This document shows, in pieces, positions 51,051 to 61,148 of a stretch of 64,000 bases of DNA. The notes under the pieces were generated by a model, which did not search any database, had not been told where the DNA came from, and saw only the letters and a list, made by a program, of their open reading frames with translations. This DNA comes from Chitinophagales bacterium (GTDB lineage: Bacteria > Bacteroidota > Bacteroidia > Chitinophagales > Chitinophagaceae). The stretch covers positions 339 through 64,338 of the forward strand of contig JAYVNQ010000229.1 in NCBI GenBank assembly GCA_043758365.1. The letters are read 5' to 3'. A program made the position numbers and the translations under genes. Position 1 is the first letter of the stretch; each line of letters starts with the position of its first letter.

Positions 51051-51509
51051 CTAAGACATAATCTTACGTTTTAAATAGCCATCGTAGTCGGGAATAATGG
51101 CTTCATATTCTTGATTCATAAAAGGCGAAGTCATAATAAAATCAGCCGTTGCTCTATCACAAGCCATGGGGATATTCCACACAGCACATAGGCGTAGCAA
51201 GGCTTTCACGTCGGTATCGTGTGGTTGTGCTTCCATCGGATCCCAAAAAAATATTACCATATCAATATCTCCAGTAGCAATCATGCTGCCTATTTGTTGG
51301 TCACCACCTAATGGGCCACTCAATAGCTTTTTTACAGGTTGGTTTAATGCTGTTTCGGCCATTTTACCAGTTGTGCCAGTAGCAAATAATTCGTGTTGCA
51401 ACAAAGTATTTCTATTAGTAATTGCCCACTCAATCATCTCTTCCTTTTTATGGTCGTGAGCAATTAGAGCTATCCGTTTACGGGCATTTAATTTTTTTGA
51501 ATCGTACAT
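51051..51509 (-). CDS. mgsA: Methylglyoxal synthase
   Basis: IALIAHD.KK, ATGTTG, SGPLGGDQQIG and FFWDP...PHDTDVKAL motifs. Confidence 0.96.
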   Translation of the reverse strand: MYDSKKLNARKRIALIAHDHKKEEMIEWAITNRNTLLQHELFATGTTGKMAETALNQPVKKLLSGPLGGDQQIGSMIATGDIDMVIFFWDPMEAQPHDTDVKALLRLCAVWNIPMACDRATADFIMTSPFMNQEYEAIIPDYDGYLKRKIMS

Positions 51510-51560
51510 TAAAAATTGTTTGTGGTAATGAAGATAAGTTTGAACTTGTGTAAGCTTTTA

Positions 51561-51647
51561 TAACCGCAAAGTACGCAAAGGGTTTACGTAAAGAAAATAG
51601 AAAACTTTGTCTTCTTTTCGTTTCTTGCTCTGTGAACTTTATGGTTA
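51561..51647. repeat. Degenerate CGCAAAG-type intergenic palindromic repeat
   Basis: TAACCGCAAAG-TACGCAAAG...CGTAAAG on the left; decayed CTTTG...CTTTATGGTTA on the right. Confidence 0.5.
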
Positions 51648-51695
51648 AGTTTTAATTTAAATTGAAATAAGTCTAAACAACTTCGTTATTATATT

Positions 51696-53429
51696 TTGCA
51701 AGAAGATTATTACATATATCCTTTGGGCGAAATGGCTATTACCATTGCTTTTGAAGCGGTGATTGACAATATTATTAACGATAAAGTAATGGCATTATAC
51801 CAGCATTTAGTACGGGAAAAAATTATTGGTGTAAAAGATATTATTCCAGCTTATCACACCGTTACCATAGTGTTTGGTACAGCAATTTTTAAACAAAAAA
51901 ATAGTGATCTTACATGGATGATTACTATGGTTGAGACTGCCATTAAAACCTGTAATTGGAAAGTTGAACAACAACAAAATATTGTGGAAATACCTGCTTG
52001 CTACCATGCATCTTTGGGTTTAGATATTGAAGCAATGGCAGCATCAAAAAGTATAACTGTAGATGAGTTGATTAAAAGTCATTCAGAAAAATTGTATCGT
52101 ATTTTTTGTATTGGCTTTTTGCCCGGCTTTGCTTACATGGGTAAGGTTGATGAAATAATTGCAACGCCAAGAATACAAACCCCACGAACCAATGTAGCTG
52201 CTGGTTCTGTAGGTATTGCTGGTGAACAGACTGGGATTTATCCGCTTAATTCTCCTGGTGGGTGGAATATTATTGCACAAACACCTTTGCAATTATTTAA
52301 TGCTAATAAAGATGAATCTGTGCTGTTAAAAATGGGTCATGCTGTAAAGTTTTTTCCTATTTCCTTAGATGAATTTTTAGCGTATAAAAATAGGATTGGG
52401 GTATCTGAAAAACCTAAAAAAAATGAACAACAAGGTATTATTATTTTGAAGCAAGGAATAGCAGACTCCGTACAAGATTTAGGACGCTACGGTTATCAAC
52501 ATTTAGGTATAAATCCTACTGGCGCAATGGATATTGTAGCTGCACAAATAGCGAATTTTTTAGTAGGTAATTTAGGTAACGAAGCTGTGATAGAATTACA
52601 TTTTCCTACCTCAACTTTTCAGTTTCAAACAGATGCTATTATTGCATTAAGTGGGGCTGATTTTTCGGCTACAATAAATGATGCACCAATCCCAATTAAT
52701 ACTCCTATCATCATTGCCAAAGATGCTTTACTACATTTTAAAAAACTAAACGACGGTGTAAGATGTTATTTAGCAGTTGGTGGTGGTTATGATATGCCGT
52801 TGTGGTTAAAAAGTGGGAGTACTAATCTAAAAGCCAATGCTGGCGGGTATTGCGGTAGACTATTACATAAAAATGATTTAATAGGATTTAAGCAGCAACG
52901 AGAATATTCCAATATTCTATCCCAAAAAGAGTACACCATTTTACCTTGGAAAGTAGATGTAGCAACTGTTTATAAAAAAGAGGATGCACTTGATATAATG
53001 CTTGGTAATGAACATCAATATTTGTGCGGTGCTTCAAAAGAAATATTGCTTACATCGGCTTTTACAATTACCAATAAAAGTGACAGGATGGGCTATCGTT
53101 TACACGGACTACCACTGCAATTGTTACAACCTTTTTCGCTCATATCAACTGCTGTTATTAAAGGTACTATTCAACTTTTGCCTGATGGCGATTTAATTGT
53201 TTTAATGGCAGATCATCAAACCATTGGTGGCTACCCAAGAGTAGCACATTTGAGCGAAACTGCGGTAGTAAAATTGGCTCAAATGCAAGCACATCAAACC
53301 ATAAAATTTAAAGTAATTACCCATTATGATGCGCATGAAAAATTACAGCAACAGCACCAATATTTGTTACAAATACAAAATGCCTGTACCTTCAAACTGA
53401 AAGATTTTTTTTCTTATGATGTCTGTTGA
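51696..53429 (+). CDS. pxpB: 5-oxoprolinase subunits B and C, fused (PxpB-PxpC)
   Basis: N-half: GFLPGFAY, AGSVGIAG.QTGIYP..SPGGW. C-half: VQDLGR.G, SDRMGYRL, GTIQ and DHQTIGGYP. One continuous ORF. Confidence 0.9.
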   Translation: MQEDYYIYPLGEMAITIAFEAVIDNIINDKVMALYQHLVREKIIGVKDIIPAYHTVTIVFGTAIFKQKNSDLTWMITMVETAIKTCNWKVEQQQNIVEIPACYHASLGLDIEAMAASKSITVDELIKSHSEKLYRIFCIGFLPGFAYMGKVDEIIATPRIQTPRTNVAAGSVGIAGEQTGIYPLNSPGGWNIIAQTPLQLFNANKDESVLLKMGHAVKFFPISLDEFLAYKNRIGVSEKPKKNEQQGIIILKQGIADSVQDLGRYGYQHLGINPTGAMDIVAAQIANFLVGNLGNEAVIELHFPTSTFQFQTDAIIALSGADFSATINDAPIPINTPIIIAKDALLHFKKLNDGVRCYLAVGGGYDMPLWLKSGSTNLKANAGGYCGRLLHKNDLIGFKQQREYSNILSQKEYTILPWKVDVATVYKKEDALDIMLGNEHQYLCGASKEILLTSAFTITNKSDRMGYRLHGLPLQLLQPFSLISTAVIKGTIQLLPDGDLIVLMADHQTIGGYPRVAHLSETAVVKLAQMQAHQTIKFKVITHYDAHEKLQQQHQYLLQIQNACTFKLKDFFSYDVC

Positions 53430-54156
53430 CCTTAACTGCGACTTAGGCGAAGGTTTTCCTAATGATGCACTACTTTACCCCTTTATTAGCAGCGCAAATA
53501 TTGCTTGTGGTTACCACGCTGGCAATCTTGATTGCATTATTACTGCTATTGATTTTTGTATTGCTCATGACGTTGCTATTGGTGCCCATCCAGGCTTTGA
53601 CGATAAAGAAAATTTTGGAAGAAAAGAGGTTAAATTATCGGCCGAAAGATTGCAGGATTTAGTGATGCACGAAATATTGGCTGTTCGTTTTAATGCTATG
53701 AAAATGGGCAAAAAATTGCACCATGTAAAGTTACACGGGGCGATGTATAATATGGCAGCAAAAGACAAGGCAATGGCTCTAACTATTGCAGATGCTATTT
53801 ATAGAGTTGACCCTAATTTAATAATATATGGTTTAAGTGGTAGTTATCTTATCAGCGAAGCGAAAGCTTTGGGATTAGGCACTTGTAGCGAAGTTTTTGC
53901 CGATAGAACGTACCAAGTGGATGGCAGTTTAACACCAAGAAATCAGCCCAATGCATTGATTGATTCAACTGAAGAATCTATTAAACAAGTATTACAAATG
54001 GTGCAGCAACAAACGGTAACTTGTATTGATGGAACTATTATTCCTATTGTTGCTGAAACTATTTGTTTACATGGTGATGGTGATCATGCAGTAGCCTTTG
54101 CACAACAGATTTATCATACTCTAAAACAACATAACATTGACATTAAAGCCCAGTAA
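53416..54156 (+). CDS. pxpA: 5-oxoprolinase subunit A (LamB/YcsF)
   Basis: DLNCDLGE, SANIACGYHAG, HVKLHGAMYN, EVFADR and TICLHGD motifs. Confidence 0.95.
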   Translation: MMSVDLNCDLGEGFPNDALLYPFISSANIACGYHAGNLDCIITAIDFCIAHDVAIGAHPGFDDKENFGRKEVKLSAERLQDLVMHEILAVRFNAMKMGKKLHHVKLHGAMYNMAAKDKAMALTIADAIYRVDPNLIIYGLSGSYLISEAKALGLGTCSEVFADRTYQVDGSLTPRNQPNALIDSTEESIKQVLQMVQQQTVTCIDGTIIPIVAETICLHGDGDHAVAFAQQIYHTLKQHNIDIKAQ

Positions 54157-55321
54157 ATCATCAGCTATTTTAGGTGCCGCATTTTTAATGGCAACCTCAG
54201 CTATTGGCCCAGGATTTTTAACTCAAACCACCATTTTTACGCAGGAATTGGCTGCCAGTTTTGGCTTTGTAATTGTCCTGTCTATTTTACTAGATATAGG
54301 TGCGCAGTTAAATATTTGGAGGGTAATTACTATTAGTGAACTAAGAGCCCAAGACCTTGCTAACAAAGTGTTTCCTGGCCTTGGCTATTTTTTAGCAGCC
54401 TTAATTGTATTGGGTGGTTTAGCGTTTAATATTGGCAATATTGCAGGTAGTGGTTTGGGGTTAAATGTATTAACTGGGCTTGATACAAAATATGGAGCCA
54501 TTATTAGTTGTGGTTTAGCCTTATTTATTTTTTGGATGAAAGAAGCAGGCAACTTATTAGATGCATTTACAAAAGTATTAGGTGTACTAATGATTCTACT
54601 AACTATGTACGTAGCCATCAGTTCTCACCCACCAATTGGTGATGCTATTACGCACAGTTTTTTACCTATAAAAATTGATGTACAAACTATTGTAACCTTG
54701 GTTGGTGGCACTGTTGGTGGCTATATTAGTTTTTCTGGTGCTCATAGATTGTTAGATGCGAATATTAAAGGTATACAACAGATTAAACAAGTAAATAAAA
54801 GTGCCGTTAGCGGTATTATCATTACTGGCATTATGCGTACGGTTTTATTTTTAGCAGCACTAGGCGTGGTAAGTAGTGGTGCAGTTATTGATGTTAGTAA
54901 TCCGCCTGCTTCTGTTTTTAAAATTGCAGCAGGCAATATTGGTTATAAGTTTTTTGGTGTGGTAATGTGGTGTGCTGCTATTACGTCTGTGGTGGGTGCC
55001 GCTTATACATCTATTTCATTTTTAAAAACGTTTCATTCATTTTTTGATAAGTATCAAAAGCAACTCATTTCGGGGTTTATTGTGTTTTCAACTTTAGTAT
55101 TTGTAATAATTGGTAAACCGATACAATTATTGGTGATGGCTGGTGCTTTAAACGGTCTGATATTGCCAATTGCTTTAGCGGTTATTTTAGTTGCGGCAAG
55201 AAACAAAAAGTTACTAAAAAATTATGTTCACCCGTTATGGATGCAATTAGCAGGTTGGCTCGTAGTGTTCGCTATGACTGTGTTGTGTAGTATGACAATT
55301 TATAAATGGATACTTGGTTAA
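54137..55321 (+). CDS. NRAMP-like (YcsG-type) transporter, probably for 5-oxoproline
   Basis: GAAFLMATSAIGPGFLTQT and GGTVGGYI motifs; multi-TM; within the pxp operon. Confidence 0.85.
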   Translation: MTLKPSKSSAILGAAFLMATSAIGPGFLTQTTIFTQELAASFGFVIVLSILLDIGAQLNIWRVITISELRAQDLANKVFPGLGYFLAALIVLGGLAFNIGNIAGSGLGLNVLTGLDTKYGAIISCGLALFIFWMKEAGNLLDAFTKVLGVLMILLTMYVAISSHPPIGDAITHSFLPIKIDVQTIVTLVGGTVGGYISFSGAHRLLDANIKGIQQIKQVNKSAVSGIIITGIMRTVLFLAALGVVSSGAVIDVSNPPASVFKIAAGNIGYKFFGVVMWCAAITSVVGAAYTSISFLKTFHSFFDKYQKQLISGFIVFSTLVFVIIGKPIQLLVMAGALNGLILPIALAVILVAARNKKLLKNYVHPLWMQLAGWLVVFAMTVLCSMTIYKWILG

Positions 55322-55324
55322 GCT

Positions 55325-55642
55325 TTACCATTTATCTTCTTCGGCAATATTTATTGCTTGTTTAAATTGCTTTCTAGTTGCTAATTTTTCAACTTGCCTT
55401 GCAATAATCGCATCGGCAATTAATTCGCCAGCATTATTGTTTGATGGTAAGGCTAATAATTGTTTAATGGTGTTTTCGCTAATATCAATTCGGTATAATA
55501 AAAATACTACTTTCTCAAAGTCAGTGTTAATGAGCTCATTCATATGGGCAGCCAACTCAACTCTAAAATTGTTGGTTAAAATAAGTCCAGTTCTTTTTTC
55601 TAAATCTTGTTGTAATATCTCTTCTTCAACAATCATAGTCAA
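55325..55642 (-). CDS. Conserved hypothetical protein
   Basis: NELI..DFEK....LYRIDISE...IIARQ.EK..TR pattern recalled from small Bacteroidota proteins. Confidence 0.7.
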   Translation of the reverse strand: MTMIVEEEILQQDLEKRTGLILTNNFRVELAAHMNELINTDFEKVVFLLYRIDISENTIKQLLALPSNNNAGELIADAIIARQVEKLATRKQFKQAINIAEEDKW

Positions 55643-55668
55643 TCATTTTTAACATAATTAATGAGCAG

Positions 55669-56457
55669 TTAAAACCTTTCCATAACCCCCAATCCAAATA
55701 ATGCAAAATCATATTTAACAGGGTCGTTCGCATCTAAAGTTCGTAAAAAACTGGTTAGTTCTAAAGCAGCTTGCCAATCAATTAATTTTCTGTCCAATAA
55801 ATTAAACCTTTTAGCCACCCTTGCTACATGTACATCAATAGGGCAAACGAGTTGCGACGGTTTAATTGTTTTCCATAAGCCAAAATCAACACCAGTATTA
55901 TCGCTACGAACCATCCAACGCAAATACATATTTAGCCTTTTACAAGATGAGTTTTTATAAGGTGTGGCAATATGCTTTTTTGTTCGAGATGGATAATCTT
56001 CTAACGAAAAAAAGTATTGGTGAAAGCCAATTAGTCCTTGTTCTATTGTTGCATCATTTGGTGATAACATTTTTGTAAATGCACTTTCTAATGATGAGTT
56101 TTGCTTATAGTGATATTGTAGAAAATGGATAAAGTAAAGTAAGTCGGTTGTATTAAATGTTCTATGCTTAAAAGCTAGTAATTTCTGTAAATCTTGTGGT
56201 TGATGATTAATAATAAAGTCATGTGGTGCATCATCCATCAGCTTCAATAATTCATTACTTTTATTGATGATTGTGGTGCGAATACCCCAAGCAAAAATGG
56301 CTGCAAAAAAGCCTGCAATCTCAATGTCTTGCAGCTTAGTAAAGCGATGTGGTACACAAATAGGATCGTCTTTTATAAAAGCAGGCTGATTGTATTGGGC
56401 AACCTTAGCATTGAAGAAATCGGTTAGGTTGCTACGTGTAATAGTTGAAGTCGCCAA
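55669..56457 (-). CDS. TIGR02757 / DUF2400 family protein
   Basis: FI.DDPI..PH, SSCKRLNMYLRWMVR, GVDFGLW, P.DVHV.R and DPVKYDFALFG motifs. Confidence 0.9.
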   Translation of the reverse strand: MATSTITRSNLTDFFNAKVAQYNQPAFIKDDPICVPHRFTKLQDIEIAGFFAAIFAWGIRTTIINKSNELLKLMDDAPHDFIINHQPQDLQKLLAFKHRTFNTTDLLYFIHFLQYHYKQNSSLESAFTKMLSPNDATIEQGLIGFHQYFFSLEDYPSRTKKHIATPYKNSSCKRLNMYLRWMVRSDNTGVDFGLWKTIKPSQLVCPIDVHVARVAKRFNLLDRKLIDWQAALELTSFLRTLDANDPVKYDFALFGLGVMERF

Positions 56458-56460
56458 AAT

Positions 56461-56805
56461 TTATTGCTTCTTTTTTGGCGAGTTAATCATTTTAATCCTT
56501 TCTATAATTTCTTTATCTGTAATATTTTCTTGCTCGCCTTTATCGTAGATACTTAATAAATAAACAGTGGTATTTATGACCTGAACGTAGCTTATAACCC
56601 GTGCACCACCTCGTTTTCCTTTGCCTTTCGAGCGGATTCCTAAACGAATTTTATAGCAATTATTCCCAAGTGAAGTACCTTGAGTTGGTTGTTCTTCTAA
56701 CGAATCAATCAAATCTGCATATTCCTTTTTTATTGAAGGATACTTTTTAATTAGTAGTTTGATTTCTTTTTCAAAATCAACACTAATGATGATATTATAA
56801 CTCAT
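56461..56805 (-). CDS. Type II TA toxin, RelE/ParE superfamily
   Basis: F.KE.K.L.KKYPS...YKIRL...SKGKGKRGGARVI...LLSIYDK pattern. Confidence 0.88.
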   Translation of the reverse strand: MSYNIIISVDFEKEIKLLIKKYPSIKKEYADLIDSLEEQPTQGTSLGNNCYKIRLGIRSKGKGKRGGARVISYVQVINTTVYLLSIYDKGEQENITDKEIIERIKMINSPKKKQ

Positions 56806-57034
56806 CTAAAAGCTGTTTAGCTGACTTTAATTTTATTTTTCCTTCGCTGTGAAGTATAGCTTGTTTATAACCTCTTGTAATACCTTCAAGAATTTCTTCT
56901 TTACGGTCTTTCTCTTTTTGGCTTATTGTGCCAGTTACTAATGAAACTGATGATTTAATATTTGCCCTTTTTAAAAACTCTGTTACAAATATTAGTTCTT
57001 CCTTATTTTTTGGTTGTATAATAATACTTTCCAT
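56795..57034 (-). CDS. Putative antitoxin
   Basis: 79 aa, MESIIIQPKNKEEL...GKIKLKSAKQLLDEL; overlaps the toxin start. Confidence 0.75.
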   Translation of the reverse strand: MESIIIQPKNKEELIFVTEFLKRANIKSSVSLVTGTISQKEKDRKEEILEGITRGYKQAILHSEGKIKLKSAKQLLDEL

Positions 57035-57078
57035 AAGTTTTATTTTAAACACAATTTACAGAATATTTTTACATACAA

Positions 57079-58239
57079 TTATCCTATCGCTTCATTCAAA
57101 TCATTTATCAAATCTTCTGCATCTTCAATGCCTACACTCAAACGTATTAATGCATCACTCAAACCATTTTTTAAACGTTCTTCTCTCGGTATAGAAGCAT
57201 GCGTCATAGTTGCAGGGTGATTAATTAGAGATTCAACGCCACCAAGACTTTCAGCTAATGAAAATAATTTTGTACTCATCAGCACTCGTCTTGTTTCAGC
57301 ATCACTTGTATCTTTTAACTCAAAGCTCATCATGCCGCCAAAATCGTGCATTTGTTTTTTGGCAATTGCATAGTTTGGATGATCTGAAAAACCACACCAC
57401 CAGACTTTACCTACTTTAGGGTGACTGCGTAAAAACTCAGCTACTTTTCTACCATTCTCACAATGGCGTTGCATACGTATATGTAAGGTTTTAATGCCTC
57501 GCAATACTAAAAAACAATCCATTGGGCCAGGTACTGCACCTGTACTTTTTTGTATAAAAAATAATTGGTCTCTTAATGTTTCATCGTTCATCATTAAGCA
57601 ACCTTGTATTACATCGCTGTGGCCACCAAGGTACTTTGTAGCAGAATGCATTACAACATCTGCACCAAGGTCTAGTGGGTTTTGCAAATAAGGCGATGCA
57701 AACGTATTATCTACACACAGCAAGGCTTTTACACGTTTAGCTACAGTTGCAACTGCTGCAATATCTGTAATATTCATTAATGGATTGGTTGGCGTTTCAA
57801 CCCAAATAAGCTTAGTATTGGCAGTAATGGCGGCTTCAATATTTGTAGTGTTAGTGGTATCTACAAAAATAAAGTTTATGCCAAATTTTTCAAAAATCTT
57901 AGTAAATAATCTGTACGTGCCACCATACATATCGTTGGCAGCAATTACTTCATCACCTGGACTTAATAGTTTTATCACAGCATCTGTAGCGGCAACACCA
58001 CTACTAAATGCTAAGCCATATTTACCATTTTCTATAGCCGCATAGGCGGTTTCTAAAGCAGCACGTGTAGGATTGCCAGCTCTTGAATAATCGTAGCCTT
58101 TATGCTCGTTTGGTGCATCTTGCACATAGGTTGATGTTTGATAAATAGGCGTCATAATAGCACCAGTTGTTGGATCTGGTTCAGCACCTGCGTGAATAAA
58201 TTTTGTACCGATACCTATACTTCTATTCTCTGATTTCAT
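57079..58239 (-). CDS. Cystathionine gamma-synthase/lyase (PLP transsulfuration enzyme)
   Basis: PIYQTSTY, YSRAGNPT, ETPTNP, DNTFASP, HSATKYLGGHSD and AESLGGVESL motifs. Confidence 0.93.
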   Translation of the reverse strand: MKSENRSIGIGTKFIHAGAEPDPTTGAIMTPIYQTSTYVQDAPNEHKGYDYSRAGNPTRAALETAYAAIENGKYGLAFSSGVAATDAVIKLLSPGDEVIAANDMYGGTYRLFTKIFEKFGINFIFVDTTNTTNIEAAITANTKLIWVETPTNPLMNITDIAAVATVAKRVKALLCVDNTFASPYLQNPLDLGADVVMHSATKYLGGHSDVIQGCLMMNDETLRDQLFFIQKSTGAVPGPMDCFLVLRGIKTLHIRMQRHCENGRKVAEFLRSHPKVGKVWWCGFSDHPNYAIAKKQMHDFGGMMSFELKDTSDAETRRVLMSTKLFSLAESLGGVESLINHPATMTHASIPREERLKNGLSDALIRLSVGIEDAEDLINDLNEAIG

Positions 58240-58254
58240 ACTATTATTTTTTAG

Positions 58255-58523
58255 CTATGCAATATTACTGCTTTGTTTTTCAGCCATAACATCTTTGCTT
58301 TTGTAGCCCACAAACGATGCTTTGCAAGTTTCTTTAAGTAGATTATTGGGTATGGTTACAACACCAACACTATCCGTATAAAGTCCCCAATTTTTGGAGA
58401 AATATTCAATGGTTGCAAACGGTAATCCCTTGCCAGTAAGACTATCAACAATTTTAATTTGTATTTGACAACAATTTGATTGCTAATTATAAAACAAAAA
58501 AGTAACGTAATTAACTGTTTTAT
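58255..58523 (-). pseudogene. Frameshifted, truncated carboxypeptidase-regulatory-like domain protein
   Basis: Signal-like IKQLITLLFCFIISNQ in one frame (ATA where ATG is expected), then QIKIVDSLTGKGLPFATI...GLYTDSVG...SFVGYKS in another frame, with a stop at 58255. Confidence 0.7.
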
Positions 58524-59416
58524 GGGTACGCATTTTCTCCAACTAACAATACTTGCCAACCTGCTTGTACATTGTTTTGGTCTAATAATTCTTTTGCATA
58601 AATATGTAATTCTTGCTCCATTTCTTTTGGGTCAATTGCATAATATTGGATTATGGTTTTTAACTTATCGTCTGTAAAATTTGCATCAACAATAGGACGT
58701 TCGTAGATATTGGCTAATTGTCCCAAATTATTACCTGTTAAGATTTTACTGTTACGGATGCTTATTGGTAAAGCATCAATACCGATAGCTATTTTATTTG
58801 TTGGTTTATCTACTTCAAATAAGTTTGTAGCATCAACTTTACAGTACCAATCGCCTCCAAGACGTGCTACCAAATTCAGCTTTTTTGGGTCAATCATATC
58901 ACCCTGTTCATTTAAAATACTGTCATTAATGTGCATGCATATAATCTCTGCAATTACCAATTGGCCAGCCCCGCCATTATCACCTAAGCTTTTTACTTCA
59001 AGTACTTTACATTCTAATTTTATTTTAGCTTCTTTAACTATTGGTGGTTTTACTAACGTTGCAACTTGTTTTGTAAAGCCTGCTTTTACAAATTCATCAG
59101 TACCTCTTTCAAACTCACAACTGCTTAAACTCATTTGTTGTAACATATCATAATCACAAATATTTATCACTACTTCTGGCACTTCTAAAATGTTTTGTAA
59201 AGTATGTTTCGTGGTTGCATCTCTCATTTTTCTTACTGGCGAAAAAATAATAATCGGTGGTAGATACGAGAATAAATTAAAGAAACTAAACGGACTTAAA
59301 TTTGCATTTCCACCTGCATCAATAGTGCTTGCAAAACAAATAGGCCGTGGTGCTATGGCATACTGTAACCATTGTTGATATTGGCTTGTAGGTGTTTCTT
59401 GTAAATTGATATGCAT
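58520..59416 (-). CDS. Flavin reductase-like (DIM6/NTAB) family protein
   Basis: APRPICFAST, NLSPFSFFN, KHTLQNI and ARLGGDWY motifs. Confidence 0.9.
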   Translation of the reverse strand: MHINLQETPTSQYQQWLQYAIAPRPICFASTIDAGGNANLSPFSFFNLFSYLPPIIIFSPVRKMRDATTKHTLQNILEVPEVVINICDYDMLQQMSLSSCEFERGTDEFVKAGFTKQVATLVKPPIVKEAKIKLECKVLEVKSLGDNGGAGQLVIAEIICMHINDSILNEQGDMIDPKKLNLVARLGGDWYCKVDATNLFEVDKPTNKIAIGIDALPISIRNSKILTGNNLGQLANIYERPIVDANFTDDKLKTIIQYYAIDPKEMEQELHIYAKELLDQNNVQAGWQVLLVGENAYP

Positions 59417-59555
59417 CAGTAAGTTTTAATTATAAGCTAATGTAATACTTGCCTTTTAATGGTAAAAACTTTTATTAGCAACTATTTAACAAAGTACTCT
59501 AGTGCATATTGTAAGGCAGCAAACTTACTTCCGTTTATAATTAAAATATATAGAA

Positions 59556-60284
59556 ATGAAAATCTTAATCATTCCCTTTTTAGTAGCAATAGCAAGTATT
59601 GGTAGTTGTCAGCAACATGAGAACGTGGCAACTTCCAATACTTCACAAAAGCCTGTGGTTGTTGAATTATTTACATCTGAAGGTTGTTCATCTTGTCCAT
59701 CTGCTGATAAATTATTGGCAGAAATGAGTGATAAAAATCCGAATATTTTACTCTTATCTTTTCACGTAGATTACTGGAACAGGTTGGGTTGGGTAGATAG
59801 TTTTAGTAAGGCTGCTTATACCGAAAGGCAATACAATTATGGTGCTGCTATGCATTTATCTGGTGTTTATACTCCACAAGCTGTAGTAAATGGGCAGAGT
59901 GAAACAGTTGGTAGCAACCGTACAAACATTACCAATTTTATACACGCTAATTACAAGTATTCTGCAATCATCAATTCAGCAAATGCTACCATTAATAATA
60001 AAATAGTTACAGTAGAAATTATGTCAAAAAATGTGCCTGTAAATTGTGAATTATTAGTCCTATTAGTACAGCCGCATGCAGCTACAAAAGTAAAAGGAGG
60101 CGAAAATGGTGGTAGCTATTTGCCCCATAAAAATGTTGTTAGAGATATGGTGGTCGTACAGCCAAACACAAACACAGCAAAACTTTCAGCACCTTTTGCT
60201 AGTAGTGATTGGAAGGTTGTGGTGCTTGCTCAGAACAAAACAAATAAGCATATTGAAGATGTTAGCTATACCGATGTGAAATAG
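59556..60284 (+). CDS. DUF1223 thioredoxin-like exported protein
   Basis: VVELFTSEGCSSCP.AD, FHVDYWN.LGW.D, YTPQ.VVNG and GENGG..L.H.NVVR motifs. Confidence 0.9.
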   Translation: MKILIIPFLVAIASIGSCQQHENVATSNTSQKPVVVELFTSEGCSSCPSADKLLAEMSDKNPNILLLSFHVDYWNRLGWVDSFSKAAYTERQYNYGAAMHLSGVYTPQAVVNGQSETVGSNRTNITNFIHANYKYSAIINSANATINNKIVTVEIMSKNVPVNCELLVLLVQPHAATKVKGGENGGSYLPHKNVVRDMVVVQPNTNTAKLSAPFASSDWKVVVLAQNKTNKHIEDVSYTDVK

Positions 60285-60365
60285 TAATAAATGTAATTAT
60301 TAAATACCTCTCAAGATACCTGAAATCTCCGCCCCCTATGACTAATCAGAGCGTTGTGAACTGTT

Positions 60366-61148
60366 TTAAGTTCCCGACGCTTTTTGCATTACAAATTCCT
60401 GCATAGTTATAAATTCACCTTCTTGTTTTAAATCAATAATTAATTGTTGCAGTCTGTTTAATAAAATACTGCCGCACCAACGTTTGGTATAGCTTGGTAA
60501 AGCCGTTGCATTAATGGCATTTGTAAACTCCCATGGGTGAAAATACAAGCATAAGTAACCATCTTTTTTCAGGGTTTGGGTGGCTAGTTTTTTAAACAAA
60601 AAATAAGGTAAGTTTTTGAACGATAACCAGAATAAAGGGATGCGAAAATTTGGTGAAACTGATGCTGGTATCCGTACAATACCCTCCTCTTTATATAATG
60701 TTCTTGGTAGGTGTAAATTATTGTAACGACCAGGCAAATAGGTGGGGTTAATAGATGAGTCGTAAGTATAGCCAGCTTTTAAAACTTCACCCATTGCTAC
60801 CTTTCGCATACGCGGCATACGCAAGCCAGTAACGGGTTTTAACGAAATTTCTTCGAGTTTTAATTTTGATGATAACAAGTCTTCGTCTTTAAAATTGGAG
60901 TGGTAATAAGTATGTGAAGCAATCTCATGATGCTGTGCCAAGCTGCGTATTATATCTGGGAAATTGATGGCATAAGTTGCAGTTGTAAAAAGGGTTGCCG
61001 CCATATTTTTATCATCTAAAAATGGTGTAATAGCCTCAAGGCCAAGCCGTCCAATTTCTAACTGTTCTGCCAAGGTAATTTGTTGCTTATAATCAAGTGG
61101 CATATCAAATTCTTCCACATCAAAACTCAGTAAAATATAACGGCTCAT
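60366..61148 (-). CDS. Polysaccharide deacetylase family protein
   Basis: LSFDVEEFD, HEIASH..YH, YDSS and YFHPWEF motifs. Confidence 0.9.
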   Translation of the reverse strand: MSRYILLSFDVEEFDMPLDYKQQITLAEQLEIGRLGLEAITPFLDDKNMAATLFTTATYAINFPDIIRSLAQHHEIASHTYYHSNFKDEDLLSSKLKLEEISLKPVTGLRMPRMRKVAMGEVLKAGYTYDSSINPTYLPGRYNNLHLPRTLYKEEGIVRIPASVSPNFRIPLFWLSFKNLPYFLFKKLATQTLKKDGYLCLYFHPWEFTNAINATALPSYTKRWCGSILLNRLQQLIIDLKQEGEFITMQEFVMQKASGT

